Shown here piece by piece: positions 7,831 through 15,035 of a stretch of DNA of 19,260 nt. A program made the translations under genes and the position numbers. The notes beneath the pieces were generated by a model that did not search any database, was not told where the DNA came from, and saw nothing but the letters and a program-made list of their open reading frames with translations. Source of the DNA: Klebsiella phage 6 LV-2017; the sequence record KY271400.1; one strand, given 5' to 3'. The first letter of the stretch is position 1, and each line of letters opens with the position of its first letter.

Positions 7831-8120
7831 GCTGATGTTCTCCCGTAAACAGCCAGTACCCGCTTCATCGCCGGGCTTTGCCGGCACTCGTTGAAAATCT
7901 GATTGGTGCTCTTTCTGCCTGAAATTTCTTCTTCAGTGGCCAGCCGGTAGTAAACCGTCCGCCACACCCGAGCTTCAGCTACCAGTACCCCCTGCTTTGC
8001 CAGGATATTGGCAGCCTGGTTGATGCAGGTATGCGTCATCCCGGAAGCCGCAGCCACATCTGGAGAGCTGCAGGTTTTATGCGTTTTCAGGTAGTTCAGA
8101 ATTGCGTCTTTTCCTGTCAT
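7827..8120 (-). CDS. Hypothetical winged-helix-like protein (97 aa)
   Basis: ATGA-coupled to the DnaC-like gene. Confidence 0.5.
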   Translation of the reverse strand: MTGKDAILNYLKTHKTCSSPDVAAASGMTHTCINQAANILAKQGVLVAEARVWRTVYYRLATEEEISGRKSTNQIFNECRQSPAMKRVLAVYGRTSA

Positions 8121-8986
8121 GACCGGTTCTCCCGATAGCTGTCCCAGGTAAACGAAATCGTGCAGCCGCCGCCGTCGTTCATGCGGTCGATGACGCGCTC
8201 GCCGATAAACTGCGTCAGCTCATCCTTCGGAAGGTTGCTGATCAGGATCGTCGGCTTCAGGCGCTCGTAGCGGGTGTTGATGATTTCAAACATGATCATC
8301 TTCTCGGCTTCGCTGCCAAACTGCACACCAACCTCATCGACAATGAGAAGGTCTGGCTTCGTGAAGTAGCGGATCACCTCATCCTCAGTGCGCGTGGCTG
8401 TTTTTGACCAGGTCGATTTAAACTCCCGGGCAATCTTCAGCGCCGTCGTGAAAATGACTGAGCTTTGGTGGTGCTCAATCACATGGCGGGCAATGGCCAG
8501 CGCAAGGTGGTTTTTACCGGTACCAGGCTTGCCACACATAACCAACCCACCGCCCTGCTGGAGGCGATCAGTCCATTTCGATGCGTAGGCCTGGCAGACC
8601 CGTAATGCTCGCTCAGAATCCTTCCCAACAGGCTTGTAGCTGTCCAGAGTGCACGTGGAGAAGCGCTCTGGTATGTCCAGCTGTCGAAGCAGCCTTTCTG
8701 CAGTTTGCTGGCGAACTCGCTTATCCCAGCGAACCTTTTCATCCCTCAGAAAATTCAGTTCGTCTTCCAGGCAGCCCGGGCAGCGTGTCGGCGGTGATGG
8801 CAGATTGATGATGCTGCTGGTCAGGATCCGCTTGCGCTGCTCATACTCGCCATGCTTTTCGCAACAGACGCGCTCGATAACCACCTCGCAATTCGGGATG
8901 TCTTCCGGTGGCTTACTCAGCTGATCAAGCATCCGCTCAATGGCAGTGATTTTTTCTTCCAGTTCCATGATCAGTCCCTCGCCCAT
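8117..8986 (-). CDS. DnaC/IstB-like helicase loader (replication protein P analogue) with N-terminal Cys zinc-ribbon
   Basis: Walker A is GKPGTGKNHLALAIA. Walker B is LLIVDEVG. It lies directly downstream of O. Confidence 0.85.
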   Translation of the reverse strand: MGEGLIMELEEKITAIERMLDQLSKPPEDIPNCEVVIERVCCEKHGEYEQRKRILTSSIINLPSPPTRCPGCLEDELNFLRDEKVRWDKRVRQQTAERLLRQLDIPERFSTCTLDSYKPVGKDSERALRVCQAYASKWTDRLQQGGGLVMCGKPGTGKNHLALAIARHVIEHHQSSVIFTTALKIAREFKSTWSKTATRTEDEVIRYFTKPDLLIVDEVGVQFGSEAEKMIMFEIINTRYERLKPTILISNLPKDELTQFIGERVIDRMNDGGGCTISFTWDSYRENRS

Positions 8987-9825
8987 GATGGGATTTCAGT
9001 CTGCCCGTAATCCTTCCCTGCGAAATTTTCGGCAACTCGCACCTGTTGACTTGGTTGAGGCTTGGCACCATTTGGCTCAAACAGGCCTTGCCAGCCATTG
9101 GCGATGCTGCGGTTGATAATTTCTTCGGGCGCGTAACCGTTCAGTCTGCAGCGGTCCAGCAGGTTGATAGCCTGGGTGACCGTCTGCTGAGACTTGATCG
9201 GCTTTTTCAGGTCGCGACGATATGCCACCCATGACGACCAGATTTCTGCAGAAAGCCAGTCAGGCAACTGAACAGCTAACGCATCGAACGAAACCGCCCG
9301 GGGGGATTTAGGGGGGTTATTAATATTGTCTTTATTGTCTTTTGTATGTTTGTCTTTTGTGTTTACCTGATTCGGGTAATAGGCGTTACCTGATTCGGGT
9401 AAACTTTTCTTACCTGATTCGGGTAATGTTACCTTTTTCAGGTAAGGTTTTTTTTCTGTACCTTTTACGGGTAAAGATGACCATTCGCTGACCGTTTTAT
9501 TAATCCCGATAACACGACCGGTTTGAGTTAATATCCCCCGCTTAACCAGGACGCTTTTTGCAGCTGAGCACTTATGCGGGAGAATGCCGGTCAGCTCCGA
9601 GAGCTGCTCGTTACTGACCCAGTCAGATTTCTTGTTGAAGCCGTATGTTTTGCGCATGACAGCCATGAACACCAAAAGCTGATGCTGCGACAAACCCGCA
9701 CGCATGACAGCTTCAAGGAGCTCATTGGCGATGCGCGTAAACCCATCGTCGAGATCTGCCACGCGCAGCTCCTGTAGTGCCACGACAGGCACAGGGAAAT
9801 TGATTACTTCGGCAGTATTTGCCAT
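8971..9825 (-). CDS. Replication initiator O
   Basis: An N-terminal Phage_rep_O-like domain and a low-complexity linker (KDKHTKDNKDNINN) are encoded exactly over the iteron/AT-rich ori. Confidence 0.85.
   Translation of the reverse strand: MANTAEVINFPVPVVALQELRVADLDDGFTRIANELLEAVMRAGLSQHQLLVFMAVMRKTYGFNKKSDWVSNEQLSELTGILPHKCSAAKSVLVKRGILTQTGRVIGINKTVSEWSSLPVKGTEKKPYLKKVTLPESGKKSLPESGNAYYPNQVNTKDKHTKDNKDNINNPPKSPRAVSFDALAVQLPDWLSAEIWSSWVAYRRDLKKPIKSQQTVTQAINLLDRCRLNGYAPEEIINRSIANGWQGLFEPNGAKPQPSQQVRVAENFAGKDYGQTEIPSWARD
9296..9474. repeat. Origin of replication inside the O gene: three perfect and two degenerate TTACCTGATTCGGGTAA iterons (23-24 bp period) plus an adjacent AT-rich block
   Basis: Iterons are at 9363, 9386, 9410, 9429 and 9458. 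The AT-rich stretch is 9300-9362. Confidence 0.7.
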
Positions 9826-9910
9826 AATTACTCCTGTGAATTGATCCAGTTAATTCGCGTAGAAAGCCGTTAGTGTTCCCGCACTGCGGCTTTCGCCTTT
9901 CTGTTCCCAC

Positions 9911-10132
9911 TCATGCTTCAAAATCACCTTTCTCTCCCGGCCTGTTAGAAATCAGGATGGCCAGCAGCAGCGACATGTTCGGCAGCAGACTTTCCCGCCA
10001 GCGACTAACCGTCGACTTATTCACTCCGGCCACTTTGGCGATATTCGTGGTTCCCAGTTCAGCTATCTGGCTGTGTAACCAGCTTTCTATCCTGCGAGCC
10101 TCCACTTTGTTGCGTGTCGTTGAACTCTCCAT
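9911..10132 (-). CDS. cII: CII-like transcriptional activator
   Basis: ARRIESWLHSQIAELGTTNIAKVAGVNKSTVSRWRESLLPNMSLLLAIL aligns with lambda CII ALRIESALLNKIAMLGTEKTAEAVGVDKSQISRWKRDWIPKFSMLLAVL. Confidence 0.75.
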   Translation of the reverse strand: MESSTTRNKVEARRIESWLHSQIAELGTTNIAKVAGVNKSTVSRWRESLLPNMSLLLAILISNRPGEKGDFEA

Positions 10133-10172
10133 TTGTGATACTTCCTCTGGTGTTGTTTGGAATGGCCGCCAG

Positions 10173-10400
10173 TCAGGCGGCCGGTGAATGCGCGCTCAGC
10201 AACTGAGCAAGGTCAGGCCTGATCTCTGCCGCCTTAATCTTGCCGTTGGTCGCAGACACGATTTTCATTACATAGCGAGCGTCAATTCCGCCGCCATGCA
10301 GCCAGCGCCAAACTGTCGGCTGCGCTACGCCACACAGATCGGCCAATTTTTTCTGACTGCCAGCGATATCAATTGCCTTCTGGATGGTTTTGTTCGTCAT
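10173..10400 (-). CDS. Cro-like HTH repressor (75 aa, internal start of the 10173..10442 ORF)
   Basis: HTH is KKLADLCGVAQPTVWRW. An AGGA SD lies upstream of Met15. It is divergent from cI across the operator region. Confidence 0.6.
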   Translation of the reverse strand: MTNKTIQKAIDIAGSQKKLADLCGVAQPTVWRWLHGGGIDARYVMKIVSATNGKIKAAEIRPDLAQLLSAHSPAA

Positions 10401-10511
10401 GTTCCAATTCCTATAAGTATTGGTGCAAAATAATAATAGCAATGCGTATTGGTTTTAGCAATAGCAAAACGTGTTTTGACCAGTAATACGCAAGCGTATA
10501 AATTTGAGATT
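10401..10511. promoter_or_regulatory. OR region: operator half-palindromes (TAGCAATGCGTATTGG etc.) and divergent promoters. The PRM-like promoter TTGACC-17-TAAATT starts essentially at the cI AUG.
   Basis: The -35 is at 10476-10481 and the -10 at 10499-10504, with the cI ATG at 10512 and no SD (leaderless, like lambda PRM). The operator motif is shared with OL. Confidence 0.5.
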
Positions 10512-11210
10512 ATGAAAAAAGAAACTCTTGCAGATCGTTTAAACGAGGCCATGGCTTCGGCTGGAATGTCACAAGGGGCGCTTGCGAAGGCCTCAGGTAT
10601 TGCTCAGCCAACCATTTGGCGCCTGGTGAGTGGAAACGCCAGGGGTTCAACAAAAATTGTCGAGATAGCTAATGCTTTGGGCGTCAGGTCTGAATGGTTA
10701 TCAACCGGAAATGGACCGATGCGCGATGACGGCCAGCTCCCTCGCGCTGCCCAGGTTAAAAGTCAGGATACTGATGCATTCAGGATTGATGTGCTGGACC
10801 TTATGGTTAGTGCCGGGCCGGGCATCGTGAACCAGGAGTTCGTCGAGATTCTCCGTTCTGTTGAGTATGAGCCAGCTGAAGCCCGCCACATGTTCGATGG
10901 GCGTAAGGCTGAGAACATCCGGATCATCAACGTCCGGGGTGACAGCATGTCCGGCACGATTGAGCCGGGTGATCTGCTGTTCGTCGACATCAGTGTTAAG
11001 AGCTTCGACGGCGACGGGATATACGCCTTCCTGTACGACGATACTGCTCACGTCAAGCGCCTGCAGAAGATGAAAGACAAGCTGCTGGTTATCTCAGATA
11101 ACAAGAGCTATGCAGCCTGGGACCCGATCGAGAAAGACGAGATGAATCGGGTATTGGTGTTCGGAAAGGTGATCGGCAGCATGCCGCAGACGTACAGGAA
11201 GCATGGGTAA
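10512..11210 (+). CDS. cI: CI repressor (N-terminal HTH, C-terminal S24 LexA-like peptidase domain)
   Basis: HTH is QGALAKASGIAQPTIW. The C-terminal GDSM...GD..FVD motif is the S24 autocleavage domain. The start was moved to Met22 to clear the operator. Confidence 0.85.
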   Translation: MKKETLADRLNEAMASAGMSQGALAKASGIAQPTIWRLVSGNARGSTKIVEIANALGVRSEWLSTGNGPMRDDGQLPRAAQVKSQDTDAFRIDVLDLMVSAGPGIVNQEFVEILRSVEYEPAEARHMFDGRKAENIRIINVRGDSMSGTIEPGDLLFVDISVKSFDGDGIYAFLYDDTAHVKRLQKMKDKLLVISDNKSYAAWDPIEKDEMNRVLVFGKVIGSMPQTYRKHG

Positions 11211-11249
11211 AAGATTGTTTTTAATGAAGTTAAAATGAAGGAAAATAAT

Positions 11250-11513
11250 ATGTCAGGAAAAGAATACACAATTCAGCCTAAGTTTATGTCTGCGACATCC
11301 ATACTCATTCCGCCAGATAACACACAGGCTATGATCACCTTTTATAACCATGAGTTTACACATGCTCCGGCTAATACAAACGCAGAAGGGCAGATGCAAA
11401 TAAAAGTCGACTTGGTTCCTCAGGAATCAATCATTATGACCCCAAGCCAAGCCATCCTGCTTGCTGAGTCATTAATAACCGCACTTAAAGATAGTGGCTT
11501 ATGGAAAGAATAA
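11250..11513 (+). CDS. Moron gene A (87 aa), co-transcribed with cI. Member of the candidate novel two-gene exclusion/abortive-infection module.
   Basis: An AAGGA SD lies 8 nt upstream. About 40% GC versus 55-60% in the flanks. It is in the rexA position. No recognisable family. Confidence 0.5.
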   Translation: MSGKEYTIQPKFMSATSILIPPDNTQAMITFYNHEFTHAPANTNAEGQMQIKVDLVPQESIIMTPSQAILLAESLITALKDSGLWKE

Positions 11514-12100
11514 CTCCAACTTCATCTCCATTTACCAAAACCATACCTAGTGTGGTGATTACGGCAACTCTTGTTGGAGCAGGCGTTACAGCTTATGATG
11601 GGGGCGCATTAAGTTCTTGGGAGAGTCAAAGCATTCGGTTGCCGCATGACTCATTTTCTGGATTTGATACTAAAATACACTTATCAGATGCGCCACCTAA
11701 TCATCAATCAGCGGACGTTAAAGTGAGCACTTTTACCAAAGATGAGCTGAATGCAAAGCTAGCACAAAACAAAGCCGAAGCTGATTCGGTTGCAGCTGGC
11801 ATGAAAACTGAAATGGCAAACTTCAGAACAGCTTACGTTGAGAGTTTTTCTGAAATATCAAAAACTTTAAGCCGTATTGAAGCTAAGGCAGATGCAACTG
11901 AAAAACGACTGACTCAAGCTCAGTGGATTGTGTCCCTGGTGATCAGTATTTGCGCCGTAACCTTATCTGCTGTCATATTTTTCTCGAACAAAAGTGCTCA
12001 ACGTAACGATTCGAATCACAATATGGCTAGCCAACCCACCGCAACGCTTGAACAGAGTCACCAAGGCAGTAATGCCCCCCTTCCCCCCAAGTCTTATTGA
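11501..12100 (+). CDS. Moron gene B (199 aa): predicted helical/coiled-coil protein with a C-terminal TM anchor (WIVSLVISICAVTLSAVIFF) and a possible N-terminal hydrophobic segment
   Basis: It overlaps gene A by 13 nt and is AT-rich. It sits in the rexB position and is followed by the operon terminator. Confidence 0.55.
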   Translation: MERITPTSSPFTKTIPSVVITATLVGAGVTAYDGGALSSWESQSIRLPHDSFSGFDTKIHLSDAPPNHQSADVKVSTFTKDELNAKLAQNKAEADSVAAGMKTEMANFRTAYVESFSEISKTLSRIEAKADATEKRLTQAQWIVSLVISICAVTLSAVIFFSNKSAQRNDSNHNMASQPTATLEQSHQGSNAPLPPKSY

Positions 12101-12126
12101 CCCGGCCACCGCGCCGGGTTTTTATT
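12101..12126 (+). terminator. Intrinsic terminator of the cI-moron operon (CCCGGC-CACCGC-GCCGGG + TTTTTATT)
   Basis: A 6-bp GC stem with a 6-nt loop is followed by a T-tract immediately after the stop codon at 12100. Confidence 0.65.
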
Positions 12127-12129
12127 GCC

Positions 12130-12333
12130 CTACTCTTCCCTCAGCATCAGCACATCCAGTGCCAGCTCCACAGGCAGATCTACCTGGTCACCCTGCCACA
12201 ACATCTGAATCATCTCTATCAACGCCTCTCTTGATGGCTCGCGCTTCTCAACCAGCAGCTGCATAACCGCTATCCCGATAACCTGCGCAATCTGCGGGTG
12301 CATTTCTGCGAAAAACTCATCCTCATTCGACAT
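12130..12333 (-). CDS. Small acidic helical protein (67 aa). It is convergent with the cI operon and starts about 50 bp from OL.
   Basis: Internal Met with an AAGGG SD. Sequence is MSNEDEFFAEMHPQIAQVIGIAVMQLLVEKREPSREALIEMIQMLWQGDQVDLPVELALDVLMLREE. No family recognised. Confidence 0.45.
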   Translation of the reverse strand: MSNEDEFFAEMHPQIAQVIGIAVMQLLVEKREPSREALIEMIQMLWQGDQVDLPVELALDVLMLREE

Positions 12334-12379
12334 GGCGCTACCCTTACTGATGTTTTTTTGAGCATAACAGCACAATAGA

Positions 12380-12480
12380 AAAAAATAAATTCATTTAGCT
12401 ATCAATGATTTAATAGCCATTGCTATCAATTAATATCAATACGTATTGCTATGGTTAATACTCATTGCTATTATCAACTC
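12380..12480. promoter_or_regulatory. OL/PL region. An 18-bp near-palindrome TATCAATACGTATTGCTA lies at 12434-12451, with additional ATAnnCATTGCTAT sites. Candidate PL is TTGCTA-17-TATTAT (12446-12474, plus strand).
   Basis: The same TAGCAAT/ATTGCTA half-sites recur in OR (10436-10453). The operator overlaps the -35 as in lambda OL1. Confidence 0.5.
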
Positions 12481-12553
12481 ATCCAAACAACAACGTTGGC
12501 GCCGGTAATAGGTAACAACGCTCCGTTAGCCGCGATAAGGCAAAGGTGAAGAG

Positions 12554-12670
12554 ATGATCCGCGAAGAAGATAAAACTGAGTGGTTTAAGTTTCTGGCACA
12601 CGCATTCGCCATCGTCGTATGCGTACTGGTAGCAAGCGCGTTCTGCCTGATGCCTGGTGGTTCAGCATGA
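12554..12670 (+). CDS. Small hydrophobic peptide (38 aa), first ORF of the PL operon
   Basis: A strong AAGGTGA SD lies upstream. Sequence is MIREEDKTEWFKFLAHAFAIVVCVLVASAFCLMPGGSA. One TM. It is below the ORF-track cutoff. Confidence 0.3.
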   Translation: MIREEDKTEWFKFLAHAFAIVVCVLVASAFCLMPGGSA

Positions 12671-12777
12671 GCAGAAACGGCATTCGTTCACTGATTTACT
12701 GCCTGCTGATCTGCGGCGTTATCTGGACAGCGTTGATTATCAAAATTCTGCACGTTACGGGGGTGTTCAATGGTTAG
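12667..12777 (+). CDS. Small hydrophobic peptide (36 aa), ATGA-coupled to the previous one
   Basis: Sequence is MSRNGIRSLIYCLLICGVIWTALIIKILHVTGVFNG. One TM. Confidence 0.3.
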   Translation: MSRNGIRSLIYCLLICGVIWTALIIKILHVTGVFNG

Positions 12778-12976
12778 TCATCATTACGGGACACAGACCG
12801 TTAACCGCGGCGCCGTTCTGCCAGGGATGCTCGTTAAGCATCGGGAAAGCACCTGGACAGCATCAGCAAATAAACGCGGCCGCCTGTACCTGCATCGCGG
12901 GATTGAGCGGACTTACACAACCGACTTGCTGGTTGAAGTTTATCTGAACGGGTTGGGACAAGGTCTCAGCCGGTAA
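12770..12976 (+). CDS. Small basic hypothetical protein (68 aa) upstream of gam, in the kil/cIII position
   Basis: A GGGGGTG SD lies upstream. It is preferred over the overlapping 12657..12947 frame on composition grounds. Confidence 0.3.
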   Translation: MVSHHYGTQTVNRGAVLPGMLVKHRESTWTASANKRGRLYLHRGIERTYTTDLLVEVYLNGLGQGLSR

Positions 12977-13057
12977 TCGAAACGAAGAATTTAACTGAGC
13001 TATCAGGCGGCTTTTATCGCGCCGGGGATTCTTACAACCAAATTTAAGGAGCGAGCT

Positions 13058-13342
13058 ATGAACGCATACCGCGCATATGACGTTATCGAAGAGCGTAAGT
13101 GGGCTGAACAGTTGCTCACCGAAGAGAAGGAAAAGTGGATTGAAGATCGGGCAAAAGAGGTCTTTGACAGCCTTCCAGAGGATCCTTACGCGGCACTGCG
13201 CCAGTCTGCATCGTCCAAGGCGTTTCCATATGAAGGCCTCCGTAGCGTTAAGGCTGGCGAGGTATACAACGACTTGCGCACAGCAATAGCTTATGCCCAG
13301 GCGGAATACGACTGGGATCACCGCACAGGCTGCCCGTTTTAA
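13058..13342 (+). CDS. gam: Gam (RecBCD inhibitor)
   Basis: MNAYRAYDVIEERKWAEQLLTEEKEK parallels lambda GamS [28 protein letters not shown]. An AAGGAG SD lies upstream. It sits immediately upstream of bet. Confidence 0.75.
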   Translation: MNAYRAYDVIEERKWAEQLLTEEKEKWIEDRAKEVFDSLPEDPYAALRQSASSKAFPYEGLRSVKAGEVYNDLRTAIAYAQAEYDWDHRTGCPF

Positions 13343-13357
13343 CTTTGGGGAATAGCA

Positions 13358-14203
13358 ATGGCTAACGAACTTGTGATTACAGCCAGCTCTCTCGCTGAGC
13401 GAGGCATTGACGGCGCTACCTGGAGCGCCCTCAAAAACAGTATTTACCCTGGCGCCAAGGATGAGTCAGTGATGATGGCACTGGACTACTGCCGGGCCAG
13501 AAACCTCGATCCGCTTCTGAAGCCCGTTCATCTGGTGCCAATGAGCGTTAAGGACTCGAAGTCGGGTAAAAGCGAGTGGCGCGATGTGGTTATGCCTGGC
13601 ATCGGGCTTTATCGGATTCAGGCCGATCGCTCCGGTGATTACGCTGGCGCAAAAGAACCAGAGTTCGGCCCGGACGTCACTCTGACGCTTACCGGTGTTG
13701 AGGTGACAGTCCCTCAATGGTGCAAGTACACGGTCAGCAAGCGCATGCCGAGCGGGGAGATCGTCGAATTCAGCGCGAAAGAATACTGGGTTGAAAACTA
13801 CGCCACCGCCGGCCGCGACACTACCGCGCCAAATGCTATGTGGAAAAAGCGCCCTTATGGCCAGCTGGCGAAGTGTGCCGAGGCTCAGGCTCTGCGTAAG
13901 GCATGGCCTGAAATTGGCCAGCAGCCCACTGCCGAAGAGATGGAAGGTAAAACGCTGGAAGTGGATGCGCGTGACGTGACGCCGCGCAGCACGACAGAGG
14001 CGCTTCCCCTGGTGGCCAGTGAGGAAACGTTGCAGGCAATTACTGACCTCCTGACGTCCCTGAATAAGGACTGGGAACAGGACTTCCTGCCTCTGTGCAG
14101 CAACATCTTCAAGCGAGACATTTTCCAGGCATCACAGCTCACCGAAGAAGAAGCACAGAAAGGCTTTAGCTTCCTCCAGAAAAAAGCGCAGGTGGCAGCA
14201 TGA
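13358..14203 (+). CDS. bet: Bet (RecT-family single-strand annealing protein)
   Basis: The C-terminal [25 protein letters not shown]...[12 protein letters not shown] is near-identical in pattern to lambda Bet. Confidence 0.9.
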   Translation: MANELVITASSLAERGIDGATWSALKNSIYPGAKDESVMMALDYCRARNLDPLLKPVHLVPMSVKDSKSGKSEWRDVVMPGIGLYRIQADRSGDYAGAKEPEFGPDVTLTLTGVEVTVPQWCKYTVSKRMPSGEIVEFSAKEYWVENYATAGRDTTAPNAMWKKRPYGQLAKCAEAQALRKAWPEIGQQPTAEEMEGKTLEVDARDVTPRSTTEALPLVASEETLQAITDLLTSLNKDWEQDFLPLCSNIFKRDIFQASQLTEEEAQKGFSFLQKKAQVAA

Positions 14204-14880
14204 CACCAGAAATTATCTTCGAACGAACTGGCATTGACGTTACCCGCGTTGAACAGGGTGATGAATCCTGGCACCGCTTACGCCTGGGCGTGATCACCGC
14301 CTCGGAAGTCCATAACGTCATTTCGAAGCCGAGATCAGGAACCAAGTGGACTGACATGAAAATGTCTTATTTCCACACGCTGCTCGCGGAGGTATGCACC
14401 GGCGCGGCGCCGGAAGTTAACGCCAAGGCGCTGGCCTGGGGGAAACAGTATGAGGCCGACGCTCGAACCCTGTTTGAGTTCACCACCGACGTGAAGGTAA
14501 CGGAGTCACCGATCCTTTTCCGTGACGAAGGTATGCGCACCGCCTGCTCTCCTGATGGCCTGTGCAGTGATGGCCGCGGCCTTGAGCTGAAATGCCCTTT
14601 CACCTCTCGCGACTTCATGAAGTTCCGGCTTGGCGGCTTCGAGGCTATCAAATCCGCCTACATGGCCCAGGTGCAATTCAGCATGTGGGTAACCGGGAAG
14701 GACGCCTGGTATTTCGCGAATTATGACCCTCGCATGAAGCGAGAAGGCATTCACCATGTGGTTGTAGAGCGCGACGACAAATACATGTCCGACTTCAACG
14801 AAATGGTGCCGGAGTTCATCAGCAAGATGGATGAATCTCTGGCGGAGATCGGTTTCACCTTCGGGGAGCAGTGGAAATGA
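14200..14880 (+). CDS. exo: Exo (lambda exonuclease, Red-alpha)
   Basis: [40 protein letters not shown] is collinear with lambda Exo over its whole length. Confidence 0.9.
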   Translation: MTPEIIFERTGIDVTRVEQGDESWHRLRLGVITASEVHNVISKPRSGTKWTDMKMSYFHTLLAEVCTGAAPEVNAKALAWGKQYEADARTLFEFTTDVKVTESPILFRDEGMRTACSPDGLCSDGRGLELKCPFTSRDFMKFRLGGFEAIKSAYMAQVQFSMWVTGKDAWYFANYDPRMKREGIHHVVVERDDKYMSDFNEMVPEFISKMDESLAEIGFTFGEQWK

Positions 14881-14921
14881 AACATTACCGCGACGCCATA
14901 ACCGTAGGAAAAGTGAAGTGC

Positions 14922-15035
14922 ATGTACTCCGTCCTTCATCGTGGCTGGCTAATGCCATGGGGTGAAGTGGTAAGAAACCCGTTAAAGGCTCAGCGGCTGG
15001 CTGAAGAGCTGGACACGAAAAGAGGTGCGCAATGA
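14922..15035 (+). CDS. Possible small ORF (37 aa), ATGA-coupled to the Dam MTase start
   Basis: Own translation gives MYSVLHRGWLMPWGEVVRNPLKAQRLAEELDTKRGAQ. The only evidence is the coupling and an ORF filling the exo-dam gap. Confidence 0.25.
   Translation: MYSVLHRGWLMPWGEVVRNPLKAQRLAEELDTKRGAQ

Noticed and set aside
7384-7887. 167-aa long form
   Set aside because: It overlaps the upstream gene by 60 nt. The ATGA-coupled internal start at 7830 is preferred.
9363-9474. Tandem 17-bp repeats that could be mistaken for a CRISPR array
   Set aside because: The 23-24 bp period lies inside the O gene linker and is followed by an AT-rich block. They are replication-origin iterons. No cas genes or leader are present.
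10449-10511. N-terminal 21-codon extension of cI
   Set aside because: It would run through the predicted operator and promoter. The Met at 10512 with a leaderless transcript matches lambda PRM logic.
12657-12947. 96-aa plus-strand ORF downstream of PL
   Set aside because: Its composition is not protein-like. It overlaps the SD-preceded micro-ORFs and the 68-aa ORF in other frames.
12482-13057. Search for an N-like arginine-rich antiterminator downstream of PL
   Set aside because: No ORF in any frame has an ARM-type N-terminus. This is reported as an absence, not as a feature.
14506-14958. 150-aa minus-strand ORF
   Set aside because: It is antisense to exo, whose identity is unambiguous.
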